A stretch of DNA of 64,000 bases, from contig OZ024741.1 of NCBI GenBank assembly GCA_964016885.1, positions 397,854,001 to 397,918,000 of the forward strand, in the 5' to 3' direction. The notes under the pieces are model-generated. The model was not told the DNA's origin, searched no databases, and worked only from the letters and a program-made list of their open reading frames with translations. The stretch is from Eledone cirrhosa (taxonomy: Eukaryota). The stretch's first letter is position 1, and every line of letters starts with the position of its first letter. Positions 57,301-64,000 of this stretch are shown one piece after another. The position numbers were made by a program, and so were the translations under genes.

Positions 57301-60289
57301 ACTACATCTTAGTATCTCTAGTCCCTCAATAGTCACCTAGTATCTACTAAACTACATCTTAGGCTCTCTAGTCCCTCAATAGTCACCTAGTATCTATTAA
57401 ACTATATCTTAGTCTCTCTAGTCCCTCAATAGTCACCTAGTATCTACTAAACTATATCTTACACTCTCTACTCCCTCAATAGTCACCTAGTATCTACTAA
57501 ACTATATCTGACACTCTCTACTCCCTCAATAGTCACCTAGTATCTACTAAACTACATCTTAGACTCTCTACTCCCTCAATAGTCACCTTGTATCTACTAA
57601 ACTATATCTTAGTCTCTCTAGTCCCTCAATAGTCAGCTAGTATCTACTAAACTATATCTTACACTCTCTACTCCCTCAATAGTCACCTAGTATCTACTAA
57701 ACTATATCTTAGTCTCTCTAGACCCTCAATAGTCACCTATTATCTACTAAACTATATCTTAGTCTCTCTTGTCCCTCAATAGTCACCTAGTATCTACTAA
57801 ACTATATCTTAGTCTCTCTAGTCCCTCACTGGTCACCTAGTATCTACTAAACTATATCTTAGTCTCTCTACTCCCTCAATAGTCACCTAGTATCTACTAA
57901 ACTATATCTTAGTCTCTCTACTCCCTCAATAGTCACCTAGTATCTACTAAACTACATCTTAGTCTCTCTAGTCCCTCAATAGTCACCTAGTATCTACTAA
58001 ACTATATCTTAGTCTCTCTAGTCCCTCAATAGTCACCTAGTATCTACTAAACTATATCTTATCTCTCTACTCCCTCAATAGTCATCTAGTATCTACTAAA
58101 CTACATCTTAGACTCTCTACTCCCTCAATAGTCACCTTGTATCTACTAAACTATATCTTAGTCTCTCTAGTCCCTCAATAGTCAGCTAGTATCTACTAAA
58201 CTATATCTTACACTCTCTACTCCCTCAATAGTCACCTAGTATCTACTAAACTATATCTTAGTCTCTCTAGACCCTCAATAGTCACCTATTATCTACTAAA
58301 CTATATCTTAGTCTCTCTTGTCCCTCAATAGTCACCTAGTATCTACTAACCTATATCTTAGTCTCTCTAGTCCCTCAATGGTCACCTAGTATCTACTAAA
58401 CTATATCATAGTCTCTCTACTCCCTCAATAGTCACCTAGAATCTACTAAACTATATCTTAGTCTCTCTAGTCCTTCAATAGTCACCTAGTATCTACTAAA
58501 CTATATCTTAGTCTCTCTAGTCCCTCAATAGTCACCTAGTATCTACTAAACTATATCTTACATTCTCTACTCCCTCAATAGTCACCTAGTATCTACTAAA
58601 CTACATCTTAGTATCTCTAGTCCCTCAATTGTCACGTAGTATCTACTAAACTATATCTTAGTCTCTCTAGTCCCTCAATAGTCACCTAGTATCTACTAAA
58701 CTATATCTTACACTCTCTACTCCCTCAATAGTCACCTAGTATCTACTAAACTACATCTTAGTATCTCTAGTCCCTCAATAGTCACCTAGTATCTACTAAA
58801 CTACATCTTAGGCTCTCTAGTCCCTCAATAGTCACCTAGTATCTATTAAACTATATCTTAGTCTCTCTAGTCCCTCAATAGTCACCTAGTATCTACTAAA
58901 CTATATCTTACACTCTCTACTCCCTCAATAGTCACCTAGTATCTACTAAACTATATCTGACACTCTCTACTCCCTCAATAGTCACCTAGTGTCTATTAAA
59001 CTATATCCTAGTCTCTCTAGTCCCTCAATAGTCACCTAGTATCTACTAAACTACATCTTAATATATCTAGTCCCTCAATTGTCACCTAGTATCTACTAAA
59101 CTATATCTTAGTCTCTCTACTCCCTCCATAGTCACCTAGTATCTACTAAACTATATCTTAGTCTCTCTAGTCCCTCAATAGTCAACTATTATCTACTAAA
59201 CTATATTTTAGTCTCTCTAGTCCCTCAATAGTCACCTAGTATCTACTAAACTATATTTAATCTCTCTACTCCCTCAATAGTCACCTAGTATCTACTAAAC
59301 TATATCTTAGTCTCTCTACTCCCTCAATAGTCATCTAGTATCTACTAAACTACATCTTAGACTCTCTACTCCCTCAATAGTCACCTTGTATCTACTAAAC
59401 TATATCTTAGTCTCTCTAGTCCCTCAATAGTCACCTAGTATCTACTAAACTATATGTTAGTCTCTCTACTCCCTCAATAGTCACCTAGTATCTACTAAAC
59501 TACATCTTAGTATCTCTAGTCCCTCAATTGTCACCTAGTATCTACTAAACTATATCTTAGTCTCTCTTGTCCCTCAATAGTCACCTAGTATCTACTAAAC
59601 TATATCTTAGTCTCTCTAGTCCCTCAATGGTCACCTAGTATCTACTAAACTATATCTTAGTCTCTCTACTCCCTCAATAGTCACCTAGTATCTACTAAAC
59701 TATATCTTACTCTCTCTACTCCCTCAATAGTCACCTAGTATCTACTAAACTACATCTTAATATATCTAGTCCCTCAATTGTCACCTAGTATCTACTAAAC
59801 TATATCTTAGTCTCTCTACTCCCTCCATAGTCACCTAGTATCTACTAAACTATATCTTAGTCTCTCTAGTCCCTCAATAGTCAACTATTATCTACTAAAC
59901 TATATTTTAGTCTCTCTAGTCCCTCAATAGTCACCTAGTATCTACTAAACTATATTTAATCTCTCTACTCCCTCAATAGTCACCTAGTATCTACTAAACT
60001 ACATCTTAGACTCTCTACTCCCTCAATAGTCACCTTGTATCTACTAAACTATATCTTAGTCTCTCTAGTCCCTCAATAGTCACCTAGTATCTACTAAACT
60101 ATATGTTAGTCTCTCTACTCCCTCAATAGTCACCTAGTATCTACTAAACTACATCTTAGTATCTCTAGTCCCTCAATTGTCACCTAGTATCTACTAAACT
60201 ATATCTTAGTCTCTCTTGTCCCTCAATAGTCACCTAGTATCTACTAAACTATATCTTAGTCTCTCTAGTCCCTCAATGGTCACCTAGTA

Positions 60290-62950
60290 TCTACTAAACT
60301 ATATCTTAGTCTCTCTACTCCCTCAATAGTCACCTAGTATCTACTAAACTATATCTTACTCTCTCTACTCCCTCAATAGTCACCTAGTATCTACTAAACT
60401 ACATCTTAGTCTCTCTAGTCCCTCAATAGTCACCTAGTATCTACTAAACTATATCTTAGTCTCTCTAGTCCCTCAATAGTCACCTAGTATCTACTAAACT
60501 ATATATTATCTCTCTACTCCCTCAATAGTCATCTAGTATCTACTAAACTACATCTTAGACTCTCTACTCCCTCAATAGTCACCTTGTATCTACTAAACTA
60601 TATCTTAGTCTCTCTAGTCCCTCAATAGTCAGCTAGTATCTACTAAACTATATCTTACACTCTCTACTCCCTCAATAGTCACCTAGTATCTACTAAACTA
60701 TATCTTAGTCTCTCTAGACCCTCAATAGTCACCTATTATCTACTAAACTATATCTTAGTCTCTCTTGTCCCTCAATAGTCACCTAGTATCTACTAACCTA
60801 TATCTTAGTCTCTCTAGTCCCTCAATAGTCAGCTAGTATCTACTAAACTATATCTTACACTCTCTACTCCCTCAATAGTCACCTAGTATCTACTAAACTA
60901 TATCTTAGTCTCTCTAGACCCTCAATAGTCACCTATTATCTACTAAACTATATCTTAGTCTCTCTTGTCCCTCAATAGTCACCTAGTATCTACTAAACTA
61001 TATCTTAGTCTCTCTAGTCCCTCAATGGTCACCTAGTATCTACTAAACTATATCTTAGTCTCTCTACTCCCTCAATAGTCACCTAGTATCTACTAAACTA
61101 TATCTTACTCTCTCTACTCCCTCAATAGTCACCTATTATCTACTAAACTACATCTTAGTCTCTCTAGTCCTTCAATAGTCACCTAGTATCTACTAAACTA
61201 TATCTTAGTCTCTCTAGTCCCTCAATAGTCACCTAATATCTACTAAACTATATCTTATCTCTCTACTCCCTCAATAGTCATCTAGTATCTACTAAACTAC
61301 ATCTTAGACTCTCTACTCCCTCAATAGTCACCTTGTATCTACTAAACTATATCTTAGACTCTCTACTCCCTCAATAGTCACCTAGTATCTACTAAACTAC
61401 ATCTTAGTCTCTCTAGTCCCTCAATAGTCACCTAGTATCTAGTAAACTATATCTTACACTCTCTACTCCCTCAATAGTCACCTAGTGTCTATTAAACTAT
61501 ATCCTAGTCTCTCTAGTCCCTCAATAGTCACCTAGTATCTACTAAACTACATCTTAATATATCTAGTCTCTCAATTGTCACCTAGTATCTACTAAACTAT
61601 ATCTTAGTCTCTCTACTCCCTCCATAGTCACCTAGTATCTACTAAACTATATCTTAGTCTCTCTAGTCCCTCAATAGTCAACTAGTATCTACTAAACTAT
61701 ATTTTAGTCTCTCTAGTCCCTCAATAGTCACCTAGTATCTACTAAACTATATTTAATCTCTCTACTCCCTCAATAGTCACCTAGTATCTACTAAACTATA
61801 TCTTAGTCTCTCTACTCCCTCAATAGTCATCTAGTATCTGCTAAACTACATCTTAGACTCTCTACTCCCTCAATAGTCACCTTGTATCTACTAAACTATA
61901 TCTTAGTCTCTCTACTCCCTCAATAGTCACCTAGTATCTACTAAACTATATCTTACTCTCTCTACTCCCTCAATAGTCACCTAGTATCTACTAAACTACA
62001 TCTTAGTCTCTCTAGTCCCTCAATAGTCACCTAGTATCTACTAAACTATATCTTAGTCTCTCTAGTCCCTCAATAGTCACCTAGTATCTACTAAACTATA
62101 TATTATCTCTCTACTCCCTCAATAGTCATCTAGTATCTACTAAACTACATCTTAGACTCTCTACTCCCTCAATAGTCACCTTGTATCTACTAAACTATAT
62201 CTTAGTCTCTCTAGTCCCTCAATAGTCAGCTAGTATCTACTAAACTATATCTTACACTCTCTACTCCCTCAATAGTCACCTAGTATCTACTAAACTATAT
62301 CTTAGTCTCTCTAGACCCTCAATAGTCACCTATTATCTACTAAACTATATCTTAGTCTCTCTTGTCCCTCAATAGTCACCTAGTATCTACTAACCTATAT
62401 CTTAGTCTCTCTAGTCCCTCAATAGTCAGCTAGTATCTACTAAACTATATCTTACACTCTCTACTCCCTCAATAGTCACCTAGTATCTACTAAACTATAT
62501 CTTAGTCTCTCTAGACCCTCAATAGTCACCTATTATCTACTAAACTATATCTTAGTCTCTCTTGTCCCTCAATAGTCACCTAGTATCTACTAAACTATAT
62601 CTTAGTCTCTCTAGTCCCTCAATGGTCACCTAGTATCTACTAAACTATATCTTAGTCTCTCTACTCCCTCAATAGTCACCTAGTATCTACTAAACTATAT
62701 CTTACTCTCTCTACTCCCTCAATAGTCACCTATTATCTACTAAACTACATCTTAGTCTCTCTAGTCCTTCAATAGTCACCTAGTATCTACTAAACTATAT
62801 CTTAGTCTCTCTAGTCCCTCAATAGTCACCTAGTATCTACTAAACTATATCTTATCTCTCTACTCCCTCAATAGTCATCTAGTATCTACTAAACTACATC
62901 TTAGACTCTCTACTCCCTCAATAGTCACCTTGTATCTACTAAACTATATC
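60290..62950. repeat. Duplication at 1597 bp offset (32 monomers): ~60290-61350 versus ~61890-62950
   Basis: Private tattatc at 60504/62101 and acctatt...catc...agtccttc at 61131/62728. Both copies carry the same doubled gtcagct sub-block (60628+60828; 62225+62425). Confidence 0.85.
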
Positions 62951-64000
62951 TTAGTCTCTCTAGTCCCTCAATAGTCAGCTAGTATCTACTAAACTATATC
63001 TTACACTCTCTACTCCCTCAATAGTCACCTAGTATCTACTAAACTATATCTTAGTCTCTCTAGACCCTCAATAGTCACCTATTATCTACTAAACTATATC
63101 TTAGTCTCTCTTGTCCCTCAATAGTCACCTAGTATCTACTAACCTATATCTTAGTCTCTCTAGTCCCTCAATGGTCACCTAGTATCTACTAAACTATATC
63201 TTAGTCTCTCTACTCCCTCAATAGTCACCTAGTATCTACTAAACTATATCTTAGTCTCTCTACTCCCTCAATAGTCATCTAGTATCTACTAAACTACATC
63301 TTAGACTCTCTACTCCCTCAATAGTCACCTTGTATCTACTAAACTATATCTTAGTCTCTCTAGTCCCTCAATAGTCACCTAGTATCTACTAAACTATATG
63401 TTAGTCTCTCTACTCCCTCAATAGTCACCTAGTATCTACTAAACTACATCTTAGTATCTCTAGTCCCTCAATTGTCACCTAGTATCTACTAAACTATATC
63501 TTAGTCTCTCTAGTCCCTCAATTGTCACCTAGTATCTATTAACTATATCTTAATCTCTCTACTCCCTCAATAGTCACCTAGTATCTACTAAACTATATCT
63601 TAGTCTCTCTAGTCCCTCAATAGTCACCTAGTATCTACTAAACTATATCTTAGTCTCTCTAGTCCCTCAATAGTCACCTAGTATCTATTAAACTATATCT
63701 TAGTCTCTCTAGTCCTTCAATAGTCACCTAGTATCTACTAAAGTATATCTTACACTCTCTACTCCCTCAATAGTCACCTAGTATCTACTAAACTATATCT
63801 GACACTCTCTACTCCCTCAATAATCACCTAGTGTCTATTAAACTATATCCTAGTCACTCTAGTCCCTCAATAGTCACCTAGTATCTACTAAACTACATCT
63901 TAATATATCTAGTCCCTCAATTGTCACCTAGTATCTACTAAACTATATCTTACACTCTCTACTCCCTCAATAGTCACCTAGTATCTACTAAACTATATCT

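Larger units (their letters stand above)
1..64000. repeat. 50-bp tandem satellite array, about 1,280 head-to-tail monomers, running to both window edges
   Basis: The unit ATAGTCACCTAGTATCTACTAAACTA(T/C)ATCTTAGTCTCTCTA(G/C)TCCCTCA recurs every 50 bp (occasionally 49) from position 1 to the last partial copy starting at 63970. All copies have the same orientation, typically with 0-4 differences from consensus. Confidence 0.99.

Noticed and set aside
1-64000. CRISPR array (conserved half plus more variable half, small dyad)
   Set aside because: The variable half is not unique spacer sequence and differs only by a few substitutions. No cas genes or leader are present.
1-64000. Repeat-encoded protein ORF on either strand
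   Set aside because: TAG/TAA occur at monomer positions 2, 10, 20, 32 and 41 on +, with several stops on -. The 50-bp period cycles them through all frames. Common variant ATGs end at once (ATG GTC ACC TAG on +; ATG TAG on -).
1-64000. Canonical telomeric repeat (TTAGG/TTAGGG) or G-quadruplex array
   Set aside because: Only isolated TTAG and TAGG fragments occur, with one GGG run per 50 bp on the - strand. This is not a telomerase-type repeat and is too sparse for G4.
1-64000. Assignment to a known satellite (alpha satellite, CEN180, trypanosome 50-bp repeats)
   Set aside because: I recognise no sequence similarity or CENP-B box. Unit length alone is not evidence, and a database search is needed.
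1-64000. Variant pattern as a programmed code, diversity-generating cassette or integron-like array
   Set aside because: The pattern is adequately explained by point mutation plus in-register segmental duplication. There are no cassettes, recombinase or reverse transcriptase genes, or unique inserts.
1-64000. Whole array as a sequencing or synthetic concatemer artefact
   Set aside because: Variants are shared hierarchically between distant blocks in conserved order, which random read errors would not produce. Individual duplications could still be mis-assembled.

Overview
The whole 64-kb window is one uninterrupted, head-to-tail tandem array of about 1,280 copies of a 50-bp monomer (+ strand consensus ATAGTCACCTAGTATCTACTAAACTATATCTTAGTCTCTCTAGTCCCTCA). 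The consensus is about 36% GC, strongly C-rich/G-poor on the + strand and has no CpG. I see no unique sequence, inversion, transposon, ORF, RNA gene or CRISPR spacer. This looks like satellite DNA, most plausibly eukaryotic centromeric, pericentromeric or subtelomeric, but I do not recognise the family or the organism. The information lies in the variants. (i) The monomer is built from five ~10-bp TAG/TAA-led subunits and contains a small dyad. (ii) Diagnostic variant monomers recur in a fixed order, forming a higher-order module reused about 30 times at irregular spacing. (iii) There are recent near-identical segmental duplications with different periods (about 32, 34, 49, 64, 70 and 96 monomers). 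(iv) Several variants are confined to sub-regions, giving a layered expansion history. I found no support for a gene-encoded novel system. Offsets and counts were read by eye from marker positions, and duplication boundaries are approximate.
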